NCBI GenBank assembly: GCA_019828565.1
Contig: JAHDYR010000005.1
Location: 1,189,842-1,253,841, forward strand
DNA length: 64,000 bases
Source: Carpediemonas membranifera BICM
Taxonomy: Eukaryota > Protista > Fornicata
Reading direction: 5' to 3'
Part shown: piece after piece, positions 1-9,565 of the stretch
Layout: each line of letters begins with the position of its first letter
Position numbering within the stretch: position 1 is the first letter of the stretch
Notes under the pieces: generated by a model
Database searches by the model: none
The model's input: the letters and a program-made list of their open reading frames with translations, nothing else
What the model was told of the DNA's origin: nothing
Made by a program: the position numbers and the translations under genes

Positions 1-158
1 GGAAGCAGTAGCACCAAATCGCTCGTTGGACGCAGCTGACAAGTTCAATCGCAGGGAGGAGGCAGCGCCCCGGGGAACTCGGCTCCAGCATTAAGGGAGA
101 TCAGCCTAAGTAACCGGGGCCCGATACCAGGCACCATAAATTTTCATTCTTTCTTTCT
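1..158 (+). mobile_element. 3' end of a non-LTR (LINE) retrotransposon with a (TTTC)n-like tail
   Basis: 78-158 aligns by eye with the reverse complement of the TSD-bounded LINE stub at 45668-45744 (ctc.gctccag...ccggggcc.gataccaggca...aaattt..ttctttctttct). Confidence 0.7.
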
Positions 159-255
159 ACCCCTTACTCCAGTTCTCTCGCGCTACACTTCACTGAGTCC
201 CTGTATCGTTAACAAAGGCGGTGGGGATAGACTCCCCCTGTGTCCCCGTAGTCAG

Positions 256-354
256 TGTGCCCTTAACCTGCGGAATTCGTAAAACAGTCTTTATCATATT
301 TCTGGGCCCTAGCACGGCACAGTATCGATACTGCCGATTCAAATGAAGACTCTT
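256..354 (+). mobile_element. Truncated Gypsy-1 copy: 66-bp LTR (256-321), palindromic leader and first gag codons
   Basis: Identical to 4648-4746; breaks off after ATGAAGACTCTT. Confidence 0.9.
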
Positions 355-364
355 CCCTTGTTGT

Positions 365-1889
365 TGTTGCAGCAGGAAACACAGAGAGTGATTTAATTGA
401 TCCGGGGTAAATCAGTCATCAATTGATTACACTTCCCCCAAGATCCGGAAATAGAAATTCGGATCTTCCAAAATCTCCAGAACCCCGAAATAAAATTCCT
501 TGGTCCAAACCTTCAGCAGAATCTATTCCCGCAGGTTATGTCTCATTGAAGGTCCCCATGCTGTGGACGCATCAAAAACAAAACATCAACGTCGTATGCC
601 GTGAATAACAACTAATCAACATCAAAACCAATGGAATCCAGCTTATTGTAGCTGAACACTGCTCCTTCCCCCATGGGTCCGAAGTTTCCAGCCTTTTCAG
701 CGAATACCGCCTTAGTTCGCTTTGAACCGCAGCATCTTCCGCTGTGCAGGCAACTTCTTCGCCAAATGAGGTACTTTCTCCAAGTATCTGTCAAGTGCTT
801 CGTTTGTCTAGCTCCAATGTGAATGGCTCCCACGTGGCTTCCTCAGGAAGGTACCCTTCCCAAATAACATGCAGTAGCAGCTTCCGTCCCTCGAACTTGT
901 GCTCGTTGATCTCCTCCACCACGTATTCGTCGTCTCGCTCCGCAGCAACCTGCTTCAGCTGATCGAGCGTCAGGCTTGTCTCGAACACCCTGAGCCTGTC
1001 AGCGTGGATGCTGTGGGTCTTCCCGGACGTCAGGTTACGGACACGATAAACGTTCGGGGACTTGTCTGGGCCTATGCACCACATCGGCCCGAGCAGAGTC
1101 GACCTCCTACCGGAGTTCGACGCCACCAGGACTGCGGTGTCTTGTAGCTCGATGTGATCGCGACTTGGCGACTCTCCATCACACAGTTGTTGCTGAACCA
1201 CGCGATTAACTTCAATCCTACGCCTAAAGAGCTCCAACGAGACTGTATCGTCACTCAACTCGTCAAGCGTCGAGTCTTGCTCCTGGTCGTACAGTACCGT
1301 CCACGGGGACATGTCCGTGGTACTATTCTTCGTCGAGTTAAGGATGAACTGAGCGTGTGGAATCAGTTTCGTCCAGTCACGTGTCTTGCACTCCGTCATA
1401 AGGCACTTCAGATGCTTCTTCAGTTCCGCGTTCTGACGTTCGACGACGCCTTGCGACGCCGGTCGGTACGGCGTACCGATATGATGTTTCATCGATAGCT
1501 TCTCCACCATGGTGTCGACGAGCTGATTTCGGTATTGGGACCCGCCGTCTGTATGGATTAAACGGGGTATACCGTAGTGGGCGACCCATTGTAATAGGGC
1601 CTCAGCTGCCTCTGCCGCAGTCGTGGAGTGGGTGGGGTATAACATCGTAAGCTTGGAGAACGTGTCGATGGCCACCACGATGTGGCGGTAACCGCCGTCA
1701 GATTCAGGTAGGGGTCCAACAGTGTCTAGTTGTACTACGTCAAATGGAAGGCGTCCCATCGTCGAATGCCGGTCCTGCGGCACTCGCTCAGCTGTCTGCC
1801 GATGGACTTGGCAGACCGGGCAGGCCTTGACGAACTGTTTCACCTCGTTGTACATCCCCTTCCACGTCTCTCCTCTTTCAATCAGGCGT
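365..1889 (-). mobile_element. 3' part of Gypsy-3 chromodomain LTR retrotransposon (3' LTR 365-431, PPT 432-440, integrase-chromodomain)
   Basis: 67-bp LTR identical to 48070-48136; PPT TGGGGGAAG on the minus strand; 1847-1889 matches 45280-45322. Confidence 0.88.
791..1855 (-). CDS. Gypsy integrase (CxxC, DDE) plus C-terminal chromodomain, 5'-truncated
   Basis: CPVC, VQLDTVGP, IHTDGGSQY, SQGVVERQN, YVVEEI...HVIWEGY...ATWEP. Confidence 0.9.
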   Translation of the reverse strand: MYNEVKQFVKACPVCQVHRQTAERVPQDRHSTMGRLPFDVVQLDTVGPLPESDGGYRHIVVAIDTFSKLTMLYPTHSTTAAEAAEALLQWVAHYGIPRLIHTDGGSQYRNQLVDTMVEKLSMKHHIGTPYRPASQGVVERQNAELKKHLKCLMTECKTRDWTKLIPHAQFILNSTKNSTTDMSPWTVLYDQEQDSTLDELSDDTVSLELFRRRIEVNRVVQQQLCDGESPSRDHIELQDTAVLVASNSGRRSTLLGPMWCIGPDKSPNVYRVRNLTSGKTHSIHADRLRVFETSLTLDQLKQVAAERDDEYVVEEINEHKFEGRKLLLHVIWEGYLPEEATWEPFTLELDKRST

Positions 1890-1990
1890 TGTTGACACGA
1901 AAGGTCTTACCTTAACCTGCTCGACTCCACCACAGTCACCCTGCTCGCACTTTATGTCGTAAACAACTCCCAACACAGCTTTATGGCACA
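1890..1990 (+). repeat. Putative 5' LTR of Gypsy-1b (101 bp, TGT...ACA)
   Basis: Starts where Gypsy-3 homology stops; shares CCTTAACCTGC and GGCACA with the Gypsy-1 LTR; followed by palindrome AATATCGATATT; no second copy in the window. Confidence 0.65.
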
Positions 1991-2744
1991 ATATCGATAT
2001 TCTGCTTCAGGAGACTCTCACAGCACGTGTAAGGTCACTGACCACCCGTCGCTACTAGCAGGGCACGAGATTTGGGCACGCGAAGTTCACAACGTTAAGC
2101 GTCCCAGATCGTTTTTACACGTATGGACTCCCGAGTCCTTAGAGCGCTTAGAAGCGGCCTGGCGGCCCACCGAGAAGTTCCCCACCTTCACTGGCATGTG
2201 GGACTCGCTCACGCCAGACGTCGTTGCTCAGGGTTCCGACCCGAAGCCAAAGACAGTTACCCCACGGGGTGATGTTATCCGCGCGCGTCATCGCGCCATC
2301 ATCGAGCTCCTCAACGATGATCTCTTCCTTCTCTGCGCTGCGGCGGCCGCCGCGTACCCCGCCCCGTCGCCCCTTCTTCAGCCGGCCATGCGCAGGGTGG
2401 ATGCCCTCTTCGCGAGCGTTTCCGAGGCTGTCCTAGACTCCAGGGAGCGCCTGCTGGCAGATCCAGAAGCGCCGCTCACCGACCTCAGCTACGTGCCGCT
2501 TGTCAGCCCCTTCGACGACAAGCCCATGAGATCTTCGGACAAAGCGGACGCCGAGAACGCCTCACTGCCATCGTTAGTAGAGCAGCAGCAGAAGACAACA
2601 CTCTCGATCCGCGAAAAGCTTCTCGCCGAGGCCGAGGAACTTCTGCCGCACCTTTCGCTCGCTCTGATGCAGAGCACCGACCGCGGTACTCGTTTGAAAC
2701 AGCTCAGCGAGATCTCCACGGAACTGTACGGCACAGCCGCTCAG
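1983..2744 (+). pseudogene. Gypsy-1b gag, N-terminal part
   Basis: WRPT, PHLSLALMQSTDRG and LYG align with Gypsy-1 gag WRPT, PYLAYTLLTSTDPG and LYG. Confidence 0.75.
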
Positions 2745-3463
2745 AGAAGAAGAAGAAGTTTAGATGGTGCTGTTATTCTCACCCCGGGCCTTCTTGCTCC
2801 CATTTTCCTGGCCTAAGGTTAACCGGGGCACTCCTGGCTCTCTCAGTGCTGGGTTACACGCTCTGAGCCAGCCACCTTACTGCGTCGGCTTTGATTCGGT
2901 TCCAATCAGTCTACGAGCTCTTCAGCTCTCTCCGTACGGTGTTGCCGTTTTCCTGTCTCTAATAGTGCCCGACACGCCATTAGGGCGTAGACATCTGTCC
3001 CCGGCACCTTCGCAGGTGGGTTCTTCCCCACAGGTCTTTTTGTCTATGGCGCTCTCCATTCTCTGATGATTCTCTGCGTTCCTCGGACATAGGCACCCTC
3101 TCTTCTGTCCGGGAGATACTCTTCAATGCCCCCACGACCCTGTTACGCGATCTACCCGAAGGCGGGGATAGCCACTATGTTCTCTGGGACAGTCTCCGGT
3201 TAGGTCGACTAGAATCTCTGAATAAGCCACGCCCGTGCTTGGGGGTCGTGTGACTCAGCGCTTCACTCCCAGGTCAGCATGGGCTGCATCTTCCGAGTCT
3301 CTCCTTTTCCGTTAACAAGGACGGCAACACTCCCATCCTGCTGTCTGTTCCCCTACGCCGGGTTCCCAGTATCTCTCAGGTCATTTCGGTCTGCTGCAAC
3401 CAGTTGTGGGTTTTCTCTGATCTCTTAGCTTTGTGGATTTTCTCTGTGCCCTCTGCGTTTCTC

Positions 3464-4647
3464 TCACACTATCTTGAAACTCTTGTAAATCTTTGCTAAT
3501 GCTTGGAGTCCAGCCCGGAGGCCTTCCCATTCTCTCTCAGATGCTTTGCTGAGGATGAAATGCAGTTCTTGTATTGGTCTTTCCTCGTACCATTGTTTGT
3601 CTGGGTTTGACCCACTTCGCAGTGGCGACTTCTCTGCGTAGCATCTTGCTTCATTCATAATTTCGGTCCAGCCGGTCCCTCTGTCCACCCCGCTACATTC
3701 GCACATTATATGGGAGGCCGACCCTAACCTCTGAGCGGCTGCCCATTCTCTAATCCATATCTCTCTCTGCGCCTCAGGTGGGTTTTCTCTGGTGATTCTG
3801 TATAGGAGATCTAGCTCCGGTTTTGCGGAGCATAGCGGACATGTTCTTTCTATGATCTCTTTGTCTCTTAGGTTCCTGGTTAACATGCACAGTGCTCTCT
3901 TGGGTCCTTGCCCTTTCCCAGCTGAGCTGGGCGATGGGCAGATATTTGCTGCCACTGTCGCTATCTTTGACCATTCTCCAAAGGATTGTCCGTTCGCAGG
4001 CTTTCTCTTGATCAGTGCTTTGCCCATAAATGCTCTGCTTGCCAGTCTCGCCCCCATTACATCCATCATTGACCTTGCAGTCTTGCTCTTCTCTCTGCTG
4101 GCGTATTCATTCCAGATGAGCTTGGTGCCCCATGCCAGTCGGCTCTCTATTGATGACTCTGGGTTGGTGTCCTTGAGGATTTGCTCTGCTCTCTTCTTGT
4201 TTTTACCCATTATTGTCTCTGGTCCCCAAACCAAATCACTTATTGGGGTGTCCCATTTCTCGAATGCTAAGTATCTCTTCAGTGCGAGGGTATCTAGATG
4301 TGTCTCCAAATCTGGCCAGCCGTTCAACAGCCTCATAGCCGCTCCACCTCCCGGGCCTGTCCCAGCTATAATGCCCTGCCAGTCGTTCCATATTTTCTTC
4401 CCTCCAGGCTCGTGTCCCCATATCTCTATTCCAAACATGATTCTGGGCCATATGTATGTCTCTAGGAGTAGTCTGGCAGTCTTTGCCGGCATTCTCTTTC
4501 GGGTCCATCCTGTCCACCTTGCCAGATTCTTATATCTTTCACTTTGATTCTTCTTTCTCATCATACAGGCCACTAGAGGGTCATTCCCACTCGACAGCCA
4601 AATTCCTAAGTATCTCGCTTCCTCTGCCGCCCACAGCGTTACCCCGC
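3464..4647 (-). pseudogene. LINE-A ORF2 C-terminal part (RT thumb, split CCHC)
   Basis: Homologous to the C-terminus of 28668-32027 (FGIEIWG, AGTGPGGG, CPLC..SHIMCEC). Confidence 0.85.
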
Positions 4648-4713
4648 TGTGCCCTTAACCTGCGGAATTCGTAAAACAGTCTTTATCATATTTCTGGGCC
4701 CTAGCACGGCACA
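4648..4713 (+). repeat. Gypsy-1 5' LTR (66 bp)
   Basis: Exact match to 9500-9565 and 256-321. Confidence 0.95.
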
Positions 4714-4734
4714 GTATCGATACTGCCGATTCAA

Positions 4735-7530
4735 ATGAAGACTCTTACAATTGACACCCCGTTCGCCGTCGAGAGAGCACTCCAGGAGTACCTCTCGGCG
4801 ATGCCCCACGAGAAGAATCCAATTTCGTTCTTTAGGGCATTGTCCCCCGAGACAACAGAAAAACTTCGCGCCCAGTGGCGCCCAACCACTCTTTTTGACA
4901 CTTTCGAGGACCTACAACGAACCGTTCTGTCCGATTCCGATGCTCGCCGCGCAGCGAACACAAGCTCTGCCAGTACTGCGGCACGAGCCCGTACAACGAA
5001 GACCGACAACCTCACCGCCATCTGGGTAGAGGAGGTACAGAAGACCATAAGAAAAGCCACGTTCGCCGCCTGTAGCGAGTGTGCAGCTAAGCACAAGGAC
5101 CCCACCCTGACAGCAATGACCCGGGAGTGCCTTGAAGCTCAACATCCCCAGATACTGACTGACTGCGGCAAGAAGGCCCGCGACTTCTTCACCCAGCTGA
5201 CCGACGACCACGACATCGCAAACGTCGAGACAGTCGCACGGCCTGGCAACCTGACCGGCCCGGACGGCGAAGACGTCTCGGTGGCGTTCGTGTATATGCC
5301 CCCAGTGCCCGAGGAGACCAAGCCCGCCCCCTCCTCGGCGGCTTGGCCAGTCTTCGATGGCGGGGACGTCTACGCTTTCCTCGCCAAGGAGGCGACCTCC
5401 ATCGCCCCCTACCTCGCATATACCCTCTTGACTAGTACGGACCCGGGCGCAAGAGCCAAGCTCCTCAAGGCAAAGCTCGACAACATCACGCTATACGGTC
5501 CGGAGCCCCGGCACCGAACGGCCGTCGAGAAGGCACGTAAGCTCATAAGCGCCCTCAACCCAGACATCAAGGACGTCCCCACCATCTCCGCAAAACTGCT
5601 CGAGCGGATCATTCGGGACTTCGCCACTAGAGGTTTCTCCAAAGAAGCCGAGGATGTATACGAAGAAGAGATTGAGGACTACTCCGACAAGATCAGCGAA
5701 CTTCTCGACAAACTACGCGACTTGGATGTTGATCACGACGAGAACATCATTATCCCATGGCGTGCCTTCAGACTCGCCAGCCCACAAGCCGACAACAACG
5801 AGCAGGCGTCGGGCACTTCAGGCAGGAAGCCGCTCGCTCGCAGGCTCGATGGTCGCGATCCGTTCCAGCAGTTCAGGGACAAGACCAAGTTCCGCATGCC
5901 TCCTTCCCACACGAGATACTGCACACAGCATGGCTGGAACCCGCACCACGAGACGAAGGACTGCAGGTTCCTCATCAGACGGGAGGCTTACAAGGCCCAA
6001 GAACGCCAGCCACAGACCGAGAAGCGTCAGGAACGCAGACCCGAAGAGCGGCAAAAGCAGCCCGGCAACCGCGCACGCCCTGTGGCGCCCACCAGTCACC
6101 AGCAGTCGGATCGCCGGGCCGGCCGCATGGACCTCCGCCCCTCGTCTACCCTGAAGAACCCCCGCCGCGTCGATGAGGTGTTTGACGCGGATGAAGCGTC
6201 TCATTCGGAGTTGGAGAACGAAGTCTACGAGATCGAGGACATCATACTCGACAAGGACCCGGTGAAGGTCCCGGCTGTTATCAACGGCCAGCACATGAAC
6301 GTCAAGTTCGACATCGGCGCTTGCACGTCGGTCATATCAGCCCCTGCCCTCGCAGCGATCCCCGACGTGACCCTGATACCGACCTCAGTCGAACTTCTCG
6401 GCGCTGGGGACGATATCATCTCCACTGGCAAAGCCGCCAAGGTCTCGCTGACCCTCCCCAGTGTCGACGGAAAGACCGTGACCACCACTGCGTTGCTCAT
6501 GGTCACGAAGGGCCAGAGGAAGAAGGTCCTCATTGGACGCGATTTGCTCCGCCGCCTCGGCTTCCTGCTGAACGACCGGCTACTAATACCGTCCGCTGAC
6601 CCGATCGATGACGACGACGGCCTGGGACAGCACCCCTACCTCGACTCGACAACAGAAGAAGTCGACCCCGAGGAAGAGTGGCGCAAGGTTAAGCTGCCGA
6701 CCGAAGAGAACCCGGAGCTGGCTGCCTGGCTGACCGACTTCCTTCGCGAGCGCAAGGCCGTGTTTGGCCCTCTACCTCCGGATGGCAGCAGGATGCCGCC
6801 ACACGAGATCGTCGTCGATCCAAGCCGCCCTACACCCAGGGCCCGACCCAGGCCGTTGAAGGGTGACCCGGGAAACTCAGCCCTCGCGGAGATCGACAAG
6901 ATGCTCAACCAGGGCGTGATCCGAGAGAGTCAAAGTCCGCACTCTAGCCCGCACGTCATGGCAAAGAAGAAGAGCGGCGAAGACCGCTTCTGCATCGCTT
7001 ACAACGTCTTGAACAACGCCACCATCGACGACCTGTACCCCACGCCGGACATCCGATCGTTTGTACACGAGGCGAGCGGATGCTCCGTGTTCGCGGCGCT
7101 CGACCTGCGCAGCGGATACTGGCAGCAGAACATGGCAACCGATAGCATCCCGCTCACCGCATTCACCGTCCCGGGCGGGCATTACGAGTTCTTACGTACA
7201 CCATTCGGGCTGAAGAACGCCCCAGCAAAGTTCCAGCGAGCCATGGACGAGATGCTCGCTGGTATCGACGGTTCGAGAGCCTATATCGACGATATCTTTG
7301 CGTACGCCCGCTCCATTCAGGATTTCAAGTCGACCCTCACCCAGATCTTCGACCAGTTGGAAGCTTACGATATCAAACTCCGCGCCGAAAAGTGTGCCAT
7401 TGGCATGAAGGAGGTTGAAGTATGTGGGTTTATAGTCAACGAGTCTGGCAGGTCGGTTTCCCCTCACGTATCGCAGCCATCCAGGACCTCACACCCCCAA
7501 CGACGACAACGGAGCTGCGCCGCACGCTAG
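4735..7530 (+). CDS. Gypsy-1 gag-protease-RT (continues into 7422-9473 across a 1-nt frameshift near 7460)
   Basis: CTQHGWNPHHETKDC knuckle-like motif, FDIGA protease, LDLRSGYWQ, PFGLKNAP, YIDD. Confidence 0.93.
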   Translation: MKTLTIDTPFAVERALQEYLSAMPHEKNPISFFRALSPETTEKLRAQWRPTTLFDTFEDLQRTVLSDSDARRAANTSSASTAARARTTKTDNLTAIWVEEVQKTIRKATFAACSECAAKHKDPTLTAMTRECLEAQHPQILTDCGKKARDFFTQLTDDHDIANVETVARPGNLTGPDGEDVSVAFVYMPPVPEETKPAPSSAAWPVFDGGDVYAFLAKEATSIAPYLAYTLLTSTDPGARAKLLKAKLDNITLYGPEPRHRTAVEKARKLISALNPDIKDVPTISAKLLERIIRDFATRGFSKEAEDVYEEEIEDYSDKISELLDKLRDLDVDHDENIIIPWRAFRLASPQADNNEQASGTSGRKPLARRLDGRDPFQQFRDKTKFRMPPSHTRYCTQHGWNPHHETKDCRFLIRREAYKAQERQPQTEKRQERRPEERQKQPGNRARPVAPTSHQQSDRRAGRMDLRPSSTLKNPRRVDEVFDADEASHSELENEVYEIEDIILDKDPVKVPAVINGQHMNVKFDIGACTSVISAPALAAIPDVTLIPTSVELLGAGDDIISTGKAAKVSLTLPSVDGKTVTTTALLMVTKGQRKKVLIGRDLLRRLGFLLNDRLLIPSADPIDDDDGLGQHPYLDSTTEEVDPEEEWRKVKLPTEENPELAAWLTDFLRERKAVFGPLPPDGSRMPPHEIVVDPSRPTPRARPRPLKGDPGNSALAEIDKMLNQGVIRESQSPHSSPHVMAKKKSGEDRFCIAYNVLNNATIDDLYPTPDIRSFVHEASGCSVFAALDLRSGYWQQNMATDSIPLTAFTVPGGHYEFLRTPFGLKNAPAKFQRAMDEMLAGIDGSRAYIDDIFAYARSIQDFKSTLTQIFDQLEAYDIKLRAEKCAIGMKEVEVCGFIVNESGRSVSPHVSQPSRTSHPQRRQRSCAAR

Positions 7531-9473
7531 GCAAGTTCAACTATCTGTCAAACTATATCCCACACCTCGCCCACGCATCAGCCCCGCTCAACGCCCTCCT
7601 AAAGGGATCGCCGCAGAAGTCGGCCCCCCTCGATTGGACTGCCACTGAGGACGAAGCATTCGCCCGTATGAAGACCCTAGTAGCCGAGCACACCGCCCTC
7701 GCGCTCCCAGACCTGAGTGCAAAGTGGACTCTCGAGACCGACGCATCGTCGACCGCCATCGGTGGTGTACTGTGGCAGGGCGAGGGTGACGAGAAGGTCC
7801 CACTCGCCTTCTACAGCAAGACCCTCGACGAGACCCAGCAACGGTGGTCCACGGTGGAACAGGAGCTTTTCGCCATTGTCTATTGTGTAACGCGACCAGA
7901 GTTTTCCCCCCTCTTCAAGCTGAAGCCGTTCGAGCTTCGCACGGACCATCGTAATCTGATATGGCTACTCAGGAAGACAGACGAGGACGGCACTAAGAAA
8001 CTGACACGATGGCGACTCACCATGACAGAGTATCCGTATAACGTCACACACATAGCTGGAGCGCAGAACCTCGTAGCCGACGCACTGTCGCGGCCATCAT
8101 CCCAGCGCAAGAACGAGGTGCGCCGCTCGATCGACCACGTCACCACGACGCGCCAAGAGCAGATCACCAGGGCGCACGCCGGTGCACAGGGCCACGTCGG
8201 CCCAGACCAGACCATCGCCAATCTGAAGCAGTCCGGTGTCACGTGGCCAGGCATGTCGGATGACGTCCGCGCGACCTTACGCCAGTGTCCAATCTGTCGC
8301 AAGACAAAGCCAGCCCGCAAGGAGCCGATCAAGTGGCACTCTACTCAGCGCATCCGCCCATTCGAGACGGTGCAGGTGGACACCATTGGCCCTTTGCCCG
8401 AGAGAGACGGTCTCAAGTACGTCATCACGGTGGTGGACGTGTTCTCGAAGTTCACCATATTGAAGCCCACACGGTCAACGAGCGCAGCCGAGGCAGCAGC
8501 CGCATTGCTGGAGATCTGGGCGACTTTCGGCGTCCCGGCCGAGCTCCAGTCTGACCAAGGTACACAGTTCAGGAATGCCCTAGTCGAGGAGATGAACGAG
8601 CGACTGAGCCTCAAGCACCGGTTCAGTACGGCATATCATCCGGCCAGCAACGGCGTAGTCGAACGCCTGAATGGTACCGTCATGAGACGCTTAAGAGCGC
8701 TCCTGCTGGACGCCCGCGACGACAACTGGCCCGCATACCTGCCCATCGCCCAGCACGTTATCAACGCCACCCGCCACTCCACCACAGGCCTCAGCCCCTT
8801 CGAACTATTGTTCGGACGCAAGTCAACCATGCTGCGCGTCGCGCCCGACGCCCTGACCAACGCAACCCAGATGCTCGAGCCGGGCTCAGTCGAAGCCGAC
8901 GACATCGTCCGCTTCCAGGCCCACGTCACGTCGCTCCAACAACTTGCCGCGATCAAGGTCAAAGCCTACGAGGTAAACAAGGCTGCAGGCTCCTCGGACA
9001 GCACACGGGCCTGGGAGAACGAAACCTACGTCCTGCTGAGATACCCGGGCAAGCCGCCGACCAAGCTACTCCCGCCTCTGCGCGGACCGCTCCGCATGGA
9101 GGGGAAGGGCGATCACCCCAACACCTACAAGGTGATGGATCTCGTGTCGAAGTGCGTCGCCACAGTCCACGCAGACCGACTCGTCACATTCCACGCCGAC
9201 GGCCTCACGGAGAAGGAGCTCGAGGAAATTGCCGCCTACGAGCAAGATGAACAACCCGTGGAGGCAGTCGTAGGCCACCGTAAGAAGAAGAACGGCTCTC
9301 TGGAGCTACTGATCCGTTGGGAAGGCCTCACCCCCGACGAGGACTCATACATCCCCTATAATCGCTACTACGACCAGCTCGAGGCTATCGACAGTTATCT
9401 CGAGCTCAATCCTGGTCTCAAGCCGATGTTTGAGAGTGCTAAGAAGAAGTTCCGCAGGAGCGGTCGCCGTTAG
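7422..9473 (+). CDS. Gypsy-1 RT connection-RNase H-integrase-chromodomain
   Basis: ETDAS, TDHRNL, ADALSR, H..GH..CPIC, SDQGTQF, SNGVVER, LLIRWEG. Confidence 0.95.
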   Translation: MWVYSQRVWQVGFPSRIAAIQDLTPPTTTTELRRTLGKFNYLSNYIPHLAHASAPLNALLKGSPQKSAPLDWTATEDEAFARMKTLVAEHTALALPDLSAKWTLETDASSTAIGGVLWQGEGDEKVPLAFYSKTLDETQQRWSTVEQELFAIVYCVTRPEFSPLFKLKPFELRTDHRNLIWLLRKTDEDGTKKLTRWRLTMTEYPYNVTHIAGAQNLVADALSRPSSQRKNEVRRSIDHVTTTRQEQITRAHAGAQGHVGPDQTIANLKQSGVTWPGMSDDVRATLRQCPICRKTKPARKEPIKWHSTQRIRPFETVQVDTIGPLPERDGLKYVITVVDVFSKFTILKPTRSTSAAEAAAALLEIWATFGVPAELQSDQGTQFRNALVEEMNERLSLKHRFSTAYHPASNGVVERLNGTVMRRLRALLLDARDDNWPAYLPIAQHVINATRHSTTGLSPFELLFGRKSTMLRVAPDALTNATQMLEPGSVEADDIVRFQAHVTSLQQLAAIKVKAYEVNKAAGSSDSTRAWENETYVLLRYPGKPPTKLLPPLRGPLRMEGKGDHPNTYKVMDLVSKCVATVHADRLVTFHADGLTEKELEEIAAYEQDEQPVEAVVGHRKKKNGSLELLIRWEGLTPDEDSYIPYNRYYDQLEAIDSYLELNPGLKPMFESAKKKFRRSGRR

Positions 9474-9499
9474 TCGTGCGACACGCATTGGGAGGGAAG

Positions 9500-9565
9500 T
9501 GTGCCCTTAACCTGCGGAATTCGTAAAACAGTCTTTATCATATTTCTGGGCCCTAGCACGGCACA
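9500..9565 (+). repeat. Gypsy-1 3' LTR (66 bp)
   Basis: Preceded by PPT, followed by TSD CCGC. Confidence 0.95.

Larger units (their letters stand above)
4648..9565 (+). mobile_element. Gypsy-1: full-length chromodomain Ty3/Gypsy retrotransposon
   Basis: Identical 66-bp LTRs (4648-4713, 9500-9565) with TGTGCC/GGCACA ends; PPT GGGAGGGAAG; 4-bp TSD CCGC; domain order gag-PR-RT-RH-IN-CHD. Confidence 0.97.

Noticed and set aside
7440-7480. Programmed ribosomal frameshift in Gypsy-1 pol (also near 35970 and 41360)
   Set aside because: These breaks fall within RT/RNase H rather than at the gag-pol boundary, and the first is in a C-run; sequencing indel or mutation is more likely.
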